Positions 32,542 through 49,102 of a stretch of 64,000 nucleotides of DNA are shown here, in pieces. This DNA is from Takakia lepidozioides (taxonomy: Eukaryota; Plantae; Bryophyta). Below the pieces are notes generated by a model that made no database searches, was not told where the DNA came from, and saw only the letters and a program-made list of their open reading frames with translations. The stretch is from NCBI GenBank assembly GCA_030704615.1, contig CM060732.1:75702001-75766000 (forward strand), written 5' to 3'. The position numbers and the translations under genes are program-made. How positions within the stretch are numbered: position 1 is the stretch's first letter; the number at the start of each line of letters is the position of its first letter.

Positions 32542-32680
32542 TAGGGTAGCCTGTGCCGTTGGCCCAAGTGTTTAGGGTCATGTAAGCCCAAGTGCAATCT
32601 CCTATGTCTAGGCTCAAGTATGACCTCCAAGGTAGCCTGTGCCGTTGGCCCAAGTGTCCACTGTCAAGTGCATTAGGGCC
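32542..32680 (-). mobile_element. Helitron 3'-end fragment of the same family as 35290-36189, opposite orientation
   Basis: Two copies of the reverse complement of ACACTTGGGCCAACGGCACAGGCTACC, plus GATTGCACTTGG. Confidence 0.6.
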
Positions 32681-34009
32681 TCGGCGCAAAGGGTGCTGGC
32701 GATAGTTTACTTTCGGAAGTTTTTTAAAGTGTGTAGGAGACGAGAGGTTGGGCGCCGGTTGGAGGAGGTAGGTCCCCGCGAGGGCCGCACAGCCAGGTAA
32801 GGGGATAACTTGAAGATGTAGGCATTCAAGTAGACGCCCTCCACATCCTCCATTTCTAAACATCAGTAATCTGCTTTTTCAGGAAATGACACCGGAGCAT
32901 TAGTAATCTGTTTTTTCACGAGGCAGACCAGCTCAGAACAATGACAACTGCCGACGCTATGTTCGTACTTGTACATGGAAAAAATATAAGTTTGGTACCA
33001 AAAAATCACAGTTTCATGTGCTTTGTATTTTGAGACACGCTGTTCTAGTAGCACAGTCAAGCCACAGATATTGGAGCTTGAGCCTTGAAGTGGCCTGACC
33101 TGTAACTAATAGCTATCCAAGTTGTTTGTTTCCACATATCCCATCTGTAGCACATAAAATCAACACATTAATCATTTGCAGATGCAAGTGGGTACTGTGG
33201 AGGGAACACTATACGGTCACTGACAACTTTCTTCCTCATGGAACAACTTATGGAACATGATGTGATCATCAAGTTGCGAGCCATTGGACTGTTTGCGGTG
33301 GTGACTTGGTTCTTCTTCCGCTGGAAACAGCTCTTTGTAGATGACCTCATTTTACAACATGACCAGTTGAATCTTTTCTAACTATGAAGACCTTGTCCTG
33401 CTGGAGACAATCCGGCCACAAGAAATTAGACCTCCTATAAGCCAGATTCTTAAGCATTAGAAAGGCTACGATCTGATTGTCTACCAAAAAAACAACTCCA
33501 TTTAAAACACTGAACAAGACCAAAATGTCCTTATCTGCTAGTGCACTCATCCACCCGCCCACATTCTCTCTATATCTCCTCTGTTCTTGATTATATTTCT
33601 GCCTCATGGGTCAATGGCCACAAGATAATTAGTAACAAAAATTTACACTATATCTGCTATTAAGATCTACCTTGTCGTGCACCTAAGCATCGTGCCACAA
33701 CATACATCGTTGTCCACCACACATTCCAAGCACACAATCCTAGAAAGCTATACCACAATGATAATGAAAGTGAACACAATGGAAACACTCCACTCATGAA
33801 TCCACTCATCACATAAACTAAGTCAAGTTAATGGCACCTTTGCTAAGGGAATCCACCCTACAAAGCCCTCACCACACTCCCTAGAGCTATGGAGGTGAGA
33901 GATGCTCATGGAGGCTCAACTACAAGGAGATGAGCTCTCCTCCACACTCACAAGGGGAAAATCCATCCCCATGTCCCAAGTGAGGCTTGACACCTCACTT
34001 GGCATGTGA

Positions 34010-34150
34010 GACCACAATGTGACTAAACGAAATATGGTGTCGTGGAATGCGATGATCGCAGGATATGCCCAGCATGGTTGTCATAGGGAGGTCCTCCAAC
34101 TATTTGAAAGAATGTAAAAGAACGGCTTAAAGCCGGACAGTATCACCAAA
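34010..34150 (+). pseudogene. PPR fragment (S-P2 junction)
   Basis: [36 protein letters not shown]. Confidence 0.75.
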
Positions 34151-35289
34151 AATCAATATGAGTCTTAATGTGAGCTGCATATTCCATCCGGTGACGCTAG
34201 TTGACATCCAAATCATCAGACTTGGGAAGGGAACTTCCATTTTTCAGGAAGTAGATCCTTCTAGGAGACTCGAGATCAGTCCAAGATAGGGGAGCAGAGA
34301 AATGCCGTTCTTGACCCAGGAGAGGTCGAAAGTTTGAAGTGCTCAGCTTTGACCTTATCCAAGATGAGCACCTGCAAGCTTAAGCAGTTGCCAACAAAGA
34401 AATCCAAGCTTTCCTCCTCTCAGTCACCAAATCTGAATATATGTGAAACATAATCAGACTGATGTTGGGGTGCTTCCCCTCAAACAGAGAGCACACCTAG
34501 CCTTCCAAATTTGCCAAAGAGAATGTGATCCAAGACAAGACCACACAAAGCAAGAAGGGACAGAATTTCTTCGAGGAATCCAAATTAAGGAAAATGAAAG
34601 AGGAAGAGAGAAGAGGAAGAGAGAGCAAATTGGCATAGAACTGAGAGATCAGTCTCCAGATTGCACTGGCAATGGGGCATAGCACAAGGAAAGGCTCAAT
34701 CAATTCAGGAATGTTCCGGGAGTAGCATGGACAAGTGAAGATTTGGTTGCAGGGATAGATTTGGTTGTAGAAACTTTCTAATTTCAACTATAGTATAAGA
34801 TTCCAATTGTATAGGATTTAAGATTCTTAGCGGTGGTTATTTTTTCCACCTTCTGCTTACATGCTTCAATTTTCATTCGGATGTTTCACTGCTCTGAGCT
34901 GTAGCTCCTGTAGACCTTTGTTACTTGGCCTTGTACCTTTTTTAATATGATTTACAAGGGCCTTTGTCCCCTTCGTCTCGAAAACGAGAGGTGCAGATTT
35001 TGTGAAAATTAGACCGGGTGTGCCATTGGAGGTATTGTTATCTTTCCCCACCTCCCCTGATAATAAAAAACATCATAGGGCCTCTGACAAAAATAAAAAA
35101 TCCTTATCAACTAGTACCATGGGCCTATTATGTTTTTTTTTTTTTTTTTTTATTGGCTCCTCTTTATTCTAAAGTGGAGACTCGGCATCAGTGTCATGTA
35201 CCTTCCCAGATGTCACCTCATCTCCTCCTCTTGTTTGTTGAGAACTTGTTCCCGATGTGCCTTCTCCAGATAACACCTCTCTCAGGTTA

Positions 35290-36189
35290 TCAATATATGA
35301 AGCGAGACGTTTGTTTTGTTTTGTTTTGTTTGTTTTGTAGATTTGAGATGTCCCAAACTGCGGGGCCCACCTTGAGTGCTTGGTACCATTGGAAAGCCCT
35401 CGACGAGGAGGGGTGCACGGGCTTGGTCTCAAGATTTTTGGACCTACGGTGTGGGAGATGTGGAATTCCAAGTACTTTTGGTCGCTGGAAATTCATAAAA
35501 AATAGTAAAAATGTCAAAGTGGGCATTCCTTGTATAATGGTTGGTCATAGGCTCTCTGGAAAAAAAAATGATTAGATATGGGATTGCACTTGGACTTACA
35601 TGACATTGGACACTTCGGCCTGTACATGGGAGATGCACTTACGATACATGAATAAAAGATTGCATTTGGGCTTAGATTTCAATTCTTCACACATGGGCCT
35701 TGACATAGGAGATGCTACTTGAATACATAGGGGATTGCACTTGGACGTAGATTTCAATTCTTAACACATTGGCCAATGGCGCAGACTACCCTAAAGCCTA
35801 GATCTCCCAAAGAAAATAAAAAAATATGACACCTCCCGAAGGAAGCGTAACTTATGGAGTCACTTCACCCCGAAGGGCTATTGCCTTCCGCTAGGAAGGT
35901 GGACACCTTCATGACACACTAGACCGTGGTTTGAACCCACAACCACATCCAACATGGTATGTGCCCATTACCACTGGGCTACATGCTGGTTGTTTAGATC
36001 TCCCAAACAAGAGTGTCTCTCGATACATAGGGATTGCACTTGGACTTAGATTTCAATTCTTAACACATGGGCAAATGGCACAGCCCTAAGCCTAGATCTC
36101 CCAATCAGGAAGGTCTCTAGATACATAGGGGATTGCACTTGGACTTAGATGACACTGGACACTTGGGCCAACGGCACAGGCTACCCTAG
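35290..36189 (+). mobile_element. Non-autonomous Helitron
   Basis: A|TC 5' end at 35290 and CTAG|T 3' end at 36189; internal tandem units GATACATAGGGATTGCACTTGGACTTAGAT. Confidence 0.7.
35812..35994 (-). mobile_element. tRNA-derived SINE nested in the Helitron
   Basis: Minus strand has A-box TAGCCCAGTGG, B-box GGTTCAAACC and a T-rich tail; flanked by 13-bp TSD TAGATCTCCCAAA (35799-35811, 35995-36007). Confidence 0.8.
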
Positions 36190-37029
36190 TATCTTTGATA
36201 TTAAATAATTAGGGCTTCGCGTCGCTCCGCACTACTAGCAACGAATTCTGAGAACTACATTCTATTTGCACAAAAAAAGGTGGGTCTCCGTATTTTATTG
36301 TTTGAGGGGAGTTGACATTGATAAATGTTTTCTTCAAACTCAAGAATTGGTTTCTTCAAACTCAATTCAACTTTCAATTAGAACACAGTTTGTTCAAAGA
36401 TTTACCAAACTAGGGTTTTAATGTAATCGGTATTTGCGCTCAACAGCATGTGCCGAAGAAAACCCAATGCCAAAGCATAGTACCTGCCATTGTGAATACC
36501 CTACCTTTATTTTTTGGCTAACATACCAGCCCTGATTGAGTGTCTATGGTAAGCTAGGAGCACAATAGCTAACTCGGCACCATTTTGACCTTATGCTTTG
36601 GACTATTTTCTAAGATTTCCACCATGCAACCAAACTGAGATGTGTTGGGGCTCAGAATGTACAGTCAACAACAGTTCTCTGCAACTGTTGTCCACGCTAT
36701 CCACTTGATAGCAAAGTTCCTCCCACCCAACACCGAAGGCAGTCATGGGATTTCCACAGACAAAGGTATGAAATTCAGCTTAGAAGTTCCAGTGCTGACA
36801 TTCAACAAGAGAGTGGTGATAGCATGCAACATGCAGTGCTATACCTAAAAGCACTAACTGTTAAAGATTTACACAGTCCGTCATAATTTATGACGTCTCA
36901 AACTCTGAATTAGGTGAGAAATAGTCAAGAAAGGGAAAGTATGGCACCCGGTTGTGAACCATGTAAATGAGGAAGGGCATACAAGAGCCAACCCTGTACT
37001 TGTCGTGCAATGGCATGTGGCAGATATGC

Positions 37030-37405
37030 ATTGGCATGTCATTGCACTCCATGAGACCACGTCTTGCTCAGCCATATTGTTGAATACTAGACATGTCTCC
37101 CATACATGTCTGCAACAAGGGCAGTCTCCATATTGATATATGACGGAATTCCAGCTTTGATAATGTCAGCATGGATCTCTTTGCCCTTCTCCAGGGCCAC
37201 CATGCTGGCACAAGCATTGAGAACACAAATGAATATGACCCTGTCGGGCATCACACCTTCCTGTTGGATTCTATCATAGATTTTAACGGCCTCTGTGCCA
37301 CAACCCTGCTGGGCATATCCTGCTATCATGACGCTCCAGGAAACCACATCCCGTTCAACCATTTTGTCAAATACTTTCAGTGCATCCTTCATGCTCCCAC
37401 GTTTG
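37030..37405 (-). pseudogene. PLS PPR fragment
   Basis: KRGSMKDALKVFDKMVERDVVSWSVMIAGYAQQG..NACASMVALEKGKEIHADI..MAEQDVVSWSAM. Confidence 0.85.
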
Positions 37406-38035
37406 GAGAGCAGCTGCGGCGTGAGCGCGCTCACGCTTAGCGCACTAAGTGTGAGCAGATTCCACTAATCGTGAGCAGATTCCCTTAAGTGTGAGCAGAA
37501 GTTAAGCGTGAGCAGAAAGTGGAAGTGGAGCATATAACCGTGGAAGAAGCAGGGCCTATTGTCGTTGACGCAAACTTATGCCTATTGGAGGTTTTACATG
37601 CCATGATGGGACCGAAGGCGCCGACCTCCATGCCAGAAAATGTGGGATGAATGTGTACGAAGAACTTATCGATGAAGTAAGCAAGTATGAATGGGTTTAG
37701 GGAAATGGATGAATGTAGGATGGATGTTGGATGACAAAGGGTGGATGAATGTAGCACGAATGAATAGATTGCAAGAAAACATTCATGACCTTCATCATTT
37801 TCATAACAGTCATGGAGTATCATCTCATTCATTCATCTAATAGAAAGTGAATACTTATGCAATTTTGCAAAACAATCATTGATCTCATTAAGAAAGTGTT
37901 TCCATTATGCAACACTAAGCCAGATACAAGTCGACCTGGTTGGAACCCATCTCCAAAGTCCGATACACCCAGATTTGAGTAACAATTACAAGGAGGGCAA
38001 ACGGGTAGAGTTGTAATGCAAATCCAGAATACATC

Positions 38036-38880
38036 TCAATTTGTACCCGAAGTATCTCGTTGTAGCAGTATGTGAACGTCGTTGGGTCCAATCGTACATT
38101 GGTGAATGTACGTATCTCGTTTTGGATCGCAAAACATTCTCCGAATATAGATGTAGTACAAATGCTTGCACTGGACAAATTTGACTCTCTTGCCAAGAGA
38201 ATTTGAGAGCGTGTTCTGAAAGTCCGGACAAGTGCAATTAGGGAAATCGCCAATAGTAATGTCATAGGTCCGGTCATGAACAACTGATCCAGAGGTCGCC
38301 GTGGTGTACACCCGCCCATACCCTGGCAAGGGAACATTCACAATTTGGGTGACGCAACACTGCAGGGTTCTAGCAGACTCCATCTTGCACTCATTGTCTG
38401 CACCAGCCTCAACCAAACGTACCGCTTTTCCATCCCTTTTTGTGGGCCTATCATTTCCATGTGGAAGGGAAAGCCATTGGGTCAACTGGTGTTACGATAG
38501 GAGGGGCTCTCGGAAGGCGAAACCCGGCCTCCTCCAACATGTCAATCTCCAGTTTGGACAGTGCAGTTCCAAACTGCACTGGCCACACGGCTGGAATTTG
38601 AGGCTTCATTATCACAGATTCCCGAACAGTCCCCATGACACAGCGCACAATGTCATTCGGGCAGAACCAAAACTTGTGAGGCCTAGACTCCCGCGACTGG
38701 TAATGCTTGAACAAGCCGGTGAACGTCGGGGCAGGAGTTCCGCAAGTCACTTTGGAAATTTGGGACTTGCACTTCTAGAACGAGGGGGCCCTTATAACGG
38801 CACATTTGACTTTTGATCCATGGGGAGTCCGTTCGATATGCCACATTGCGTCTGTATAGTCTCACTCCTCTACCGGCATC
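38036..38880 (-). mobile_element. Degenerate SWIM zinc-finger ORF, probably transposon-associated
   Basis: YDITIGDFPNCTCPDF..QCKHLYYI (CxC..CxH SWIM). Upstream frames WHIERTP..KC..TPAPTFTG..FWFCPND..VWPVQFGT contain TGA/TAG stops and a frameshift. Confidence 0.65.
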
Positions 38881-39019
38881 GTGTTCTCCCCTTCACCGGG
38901 GACTGTGGTGATTGGAGACTCCTGAGGGAATGAAGGCAAAGAGGACTCCCCCACAAAGGGGGTGGCACCCATGAAAGTCACTACTACGTTTGGTGGGGGG
39001 GGGGGGGGGGGGGGGGTAA

Positions 39020-39665
39020 GCGATGCCTCAGCGACCTCCAAACGTTGCGCCTAACGACGAAAATACACTACAGCGCCCAGGGCGCGCCGGGGACAAATTG
39101 CGACGTCGGGAAGTCGCCGCCACGTCGCTCCCGGAACGTCGCAGATTAGCGACCTAAGGGAATCGCTAATCCCCCGGGTCCACCTAGCCACGACCAGCGA
39201 CGGCCAAAAGACGTCGCCCCTCCGGGGCGTCGCAATATGGTGACTCCCAGGAGTCGCAACAAAGGGCAGGGATGGGGGTCCATCCCTTCCCCTGCGTCAT
39301 GGGGCAGTCGCAAGGACGTCGCCCATTCCCAGAATTAACCACGCGCTGGTGTCGCCAAAACGTCGCAGCCTGACGACGCCCGGGAATCGCCATGACGTCG
39401 CCGCCATTTGGGGGCGTCGCTAGACCCCCATGGGTAAGGAGGTTCTGTAGCGACGTCCGGGAATCGCAGGGACGTCGCAGCCCTCGGGGCCGTCGCTAGC
39501 TCCATGGGAGGGCACGTTCATGTGCGACTCCCTGGAGTCGCAACAACGTCGCAGCCCCTTCGTTGCGTCGCTAGCTCCATGTTGGCGTTGTTCTGTTGCG
39601 ACGACGGGGAATTGCAACGGCGTCGCTGGTCGCACCCGGCCGTCGCGCCGGCGTCGCTGGGTGGG
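39020..39665. repeat. CpG-rich tract dense in GTCGC/GCGAC motifs, bounded by G-runs
   Basis: More than 20 (C)GTCGC / GCGAC(G) copies in ~650 bp; poly-G at ~38995-39016. Confidence 0.75.
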
Positions 39666-39914
39666 AGGGTAGCCAGCTGGTATTTGGGGTGGGGTTTTGG
39701 GGTTTTTTTTTTCGTTTTGGGGGGTGGGGTTGGGGTTTTCTTGGGGGTTGGGGTGTGCCTCGTGCTTGCATGAAATGCATGCATTCTAATCTATAAGAGG
39801 TCCATGGTTGCATCGTCAAAGCTGGAATTGTGGCAGATGTCATTCTGAACAATACCCTTGTGGACAGGGAGTGTTCAACAATATGGCTGAGCGAAGGATA
39901 GAGTGTAATGACTG

Positions 39915-40990
39915 CTAATGAAGGTACCTTCTTCAATTTCACCTTGTTTTCCCCTCTTATCATAACCGCCCCTAATTATTCATGTCTGAATTCTACAAGT
40001 TAGCTAGTTGAGTGAAGCTTTGATAGTTTGGAGTGACTTTGACATGATTCTGCTAATGTGACAACAGGAAAGTATCACAAACAGGTAACACAGACAAGGA
40101 GAAGTTGTGGAATGAATACTTTTCTGACCCCAGTCAATGGTGGGGACAATCGAGGCAAAAAGGTGAATGTTTGTTGGATTATAGAGAGTAGCAGATGCAA
40201 TTGAGCGTAGGAACTAGTGTGATAAGTTGAGTTGGGTGCTTCCTAGAACAAGTCTAGGCTGTCATCGTCAACTGCTAGCAACAAGGCAAGGTTGTATGCA
40301 TGATTCGTGCGAGGCATGGATAGCTGAAGGAGCAAGGATAGAGTGTGGGAGCAGATTCACCCAAGAGGGCCGGAAGCTCCAGATTAACTATGAAGCTACA
40401 AGAAACCTGCATGGGTAGATGGTCAACTGGCAGCAACGACACAATTGATAAAATCAGACATTGTTAATGAAGGCATCTTCTTCAGCACATTTCACCCTGT
40501 TTTTCCCTGTTATCAGAATCGGCCCAAAATTTCCATGTTGAATCTGCAAGTTAGCTGGTTGAGTGAATCTAGTTTGGAGTGACTTTGACATGATACTGCT
40601 ATGTGACAACAGGAAAGTATCAAAAAACAAGTAACAGACATGAGGAGAAGCTGTGGAATGAATACTTTTCTGCCCCCAGTCAATGATGGGACAACCGAGG
40701 CAAAAAGGTGAATGCCTGCTACATTTCAGAGAGTAGCAGACGCAATTGAGCATAGGAACTAGTGTGATAAGCTGAGTTGGGTGTTTCCTAGAACAAATGT
40801 AGGTTGTCATTGTCAGCTACTAGCAACAAGGCAAGGATGAATGCATGATTTGTGCAGGGGGCATGGATAGCTGAAGGAGCAGGGATAGAGTGTGGTCCAG
40901 ATTCATCTTAGAGGGCCAAATTTCAAGCACAAAATTACCTATGATTCCCTGTGGATCAATAACTACAAGAAACCTCCATGGGTAGATGGT
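39915..40990 (+). pseudogene. Tandem duplicate (~545-bp unit) of the intron-split PDF-motif module, preceded by a short PPR fragment (~39795-39895)
   Basis: Unit 1: EKLWNEYFSDPSQWW..NRGKK|gt ... ag|IHPRGP..KKPAWVDGQL. Unit 2: EEKLWNEYFSAPSQ*WD.RGKK|gt ... ag|IHLRGPNFKHKITYDSLWINNYKKPPWVDG. Confidence 0.8.
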
Positions 40991-41194
40991 CTATTCCGTG
41001 GAACTCACTGAAGTCTTGCATTATAAGGATTAGAACTGCTTGGCAGCTTACTTGCACGAACCGTGAATTTGCTGCTGATTCAGTATTGTGGCAACCAAGA
41101 TCGTTTCCATGCCCAGCTACGCTTGACTTTCACCCTGTCATTGCTATGTTTGTTGCTAAGTGGACCCTGATGTTGGTGTCTGCAGATATCAGAT

Positions 41195-42600
41195 CCTGTG
41201 TTTCTCCTGAACCCCCATGACAAGCGGTCAAAGACAGCCGTCGCCAAGGCGGAAGTGGTGGGAATAGCCGGGGTTGACAAGTTCCACTTCAAGGACATTC
41301 GATCCGGGTGGTACAAGGTGAAAGTCCACGAGATCATGCTTCCAAGTGTTACATTGCCTTGCCCAAATGTGGACGATGCCCCCCCCCCCCCCAAACCACA
41401 CTAGCGCACGTGAAAGGCACGGTGACTCTGTGGCCAGAGAAGAGTATGAGGAAAGGTGAAAGTATCAAGTGACATTTCATGTTTGTAGTCCCTGTTGGGT
41501 GTGTAATGATACTCATAGAAGTGTGTATGATACTCACGTTACCAGTTTTGAACATTTGGGCCATGACAGTTTAAGTGATGTCCGGCAACCATGTATGTTG
41601 GCATTTAGTCTTGCTCATATGCAGGTGTGCCGTGACGGTCTCTAATTTGAATGTAATATCACATTTCCTGACTTGTCGTCGTGTCCGTCCACCTTCTATG
41701 TGTATGTGTGATGGTCTTTGGTCTCCATGTTGCCTCGTCTATTTGGTTCATTAGCGTGATGTTGTGCATGCATCGTGGTCTGTGTTCTGAGTCTCGCCCA
41801 GTATCATTGCTTCTCAATTCCCCCTGCATATGGGTGAACCACTAAAACCAGTAGAATGCATCAGAACCATATTTTCAGCTTAGAACGCAGGTCAGTTGGA
41901 AACTCACACAAACCACTACAAGTGCTCATTTTTCGTGCTTTTCCTACAGTAGTGCAACCAACTAGCACAGTGGCAGCAGAGTTGGCCAAAGCAGTCCTGA
42001 GATGGCACAAGCACTCTGTGTCTTTCCACTAGCAGTCGTACCCGTCACTGCCATTGCGTGGGGACGACGCCACGCGTCGACCCACACACTCTCCACGTGG
42101 TCCCCGTGGATTCGTCTGTCGGCAGTTGTGCAGTCGACTTCGCCAGTGGCTGTTGCGACGTCACATGCAGCACTCCAAGTGATGTGGCCGACTGCGATGT
42201 GGCGTCTTGGGACCGTGGCCACGCGGCAGCATTGCCGCTCGTCGCGGCGCCGCCACATCGGCATCCACGTCCGCATCCACGTCTGCGTCCATGTGTCACC
42301 GCGCCCCGGGTGAGTCAGTCCACTCATCCGGAGGGAAAAGTCAAAGTCAGCCCAAAAGGTCAGACACACGGGCGGCCCGCCTGGTTACTCCACGTGGTTC
42401 TTCAGCATTAATCGCATTAATCGCTGAGCAGTTGTTCGCGCGTCTGCGTCCTTTACCACTCCAATCATTGGATGCCCAACCCAACTACCACGTCTGTTGT
42501 AACTAGTCTGTTGTAACTTCCAGTTGATCCCAGTTTTTTGACTTTTACGACTCAAAATGAGTCGTTACCCCAGTGGTAAATGACACGAATGCTTCTAGTG
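41195..42600 (+). mobile_element. CACTA (En/Spm)-like transposon right end with accessory ORF fragment
   Basis: Ends TTCTAGTG (reverse complement CACTAGAA) at 42600 with subterminal palindrome ACGACTCAAAATGAGTCGT. ORF fragment VAKAEVV..FHFKDIRSGWYKVKVHEI..LPCPN..TLWPEK resembles CACTA accessory proteins. Confidence 0.6.
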
Positions 42601-42714
42601 TGAGGATTCTTGGCTTGCATTTGAAACATATATAAGTGGTTTTACTGTAAAAGGAATTGTACATGTATCCCTAGTAATGCTGAAGATGTTGTGCTAGGTT
42701 AGACAGGACTGAGA

Positions 42715-43240
42715 CCTTCATTCCAGTCGTGAAGCACAATACGTGCAATTGCAACAGTGTCACCCACTCCCCTCTTTTGAGCTTTCTACGCACCATAGCC
42801 AATTTTTGCAAGAACTCATCAACATACGGTTGAACTTGGCAACCTTGTAAATTTACATCAGCTTCTCTGCAGCATTCAGCTGCAATATCTGCTTTACTGT
42901 CAAAAAAAAAAAAACCAATTTGTGGTCAAATTAGAGTTAATCAATGTGTTTTCATCCCCCATTGCTGGAAATTCTAATATTGGTGACCATTTCTATCTCT
43001 GTGTAAGGTCCAGGCTTTACACACCCGGGGTGACAGGATCAACAAGCTTTTCTATCTTGGCACAGTTTCGCAGTGTTACAGATGCCTCATTGTCACCTGC
43101 TGATGTACACACAATCCCAGGGGAGTCCAGCAGCTTCACATGCTTGTCCAGGTGGATCTCTTCCATGGCCTTGGTCACACCACGGGTTGCACCCACATTG
43201 GCCACTCGAGTTCTCTTCAAGCTGTTGATGAGGCTGCTCA
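42715..43240 (-). pseudogene. Fragment of nucleostemin/GNL3 (NSN1)-like circularly permuted GTPase
   Basis: SSLINSLKR..VGATRGVTKAMEEIHLDKHVKLLDSPG..LRNCAKIEKL; second exon has a stop and frameshift and ends ARIVLHDWNEG; no 5' exons found. Confidence 0.8.
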
Positions 43241-43621
43241 TTTGGAAAATAGGGGAATTCACTAGAATTTATAAGAAATAAATGGATGATTTTTCAAGTT
43301 TATTATGGATGAAAGTGGATTTCATTATTCACAAAGAGGAGCCATAACTTACACGACTAGCAGCTTGTTTTGACTAACATCATAGGTTTCTTTCACAATT
43401 TTATTGGCTCTCTTGTAGAGAGAGACTTTGCGGAGACATGCAAGTCAACGGAGAAAATGTGGTCAAAGTACGTTACACCGTGTCAAGGCGCTGATTGGTG
43501 TGGTGTGCTGAGTCATGCTCCCTAGTCTTACCTTCCTCTTATGTTTTGCCAAAGCAAAGCAAGAGAGCCAATTGCCGTTTGAGGCTTGTTTATCTTAAAG
43601 TTTTTAATCAGGGGGTTCTTA

Positions 43622-43630
43622 TTAGGGTTT
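43622..43630 (-). promoter_or_regulatory. Telo-box (AAACCCTAA) ~120 bp upstream of the proteasome gene ATG
   Basis: TTAGGGTTT on the plus strand; telo-boxes are common near plant housekeeping genes. Confidence 0.5.
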
Positions 43631-43747
43631 GAGTAATTGGATTAGGGCTCGACTTGCTTCTGGGCTTGGACGCTGTTTCGCAGGCTCTTGTCATTTGCTT
43701 TGTGCTCGTCTGGGATTTGAGGAGAGCAACTCTAATTTGCAGCGACA

Positions 43748-49102
<5,355 letters not shown>

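Noticed and set aside
35920-35990. tRNA gene
   Set aside because: Has A and B boxes but no convincing cloverleaf; TSD and tail indicate a SINE.
35570-36160. Repeat-spacer-like array resembling CRISPR
   Set aside because: Eukaryotic context, no cas genes, degenerate units with related intervening sequence.
32542-36188. 30-bp perfect inverted repeat suggesting a 3.6-kb TIR transposon
   Set aside because: No TSD seen; better explained as the 3' ends of two oppositely oriented Helitrons, one with its own TC..CTAG termini.
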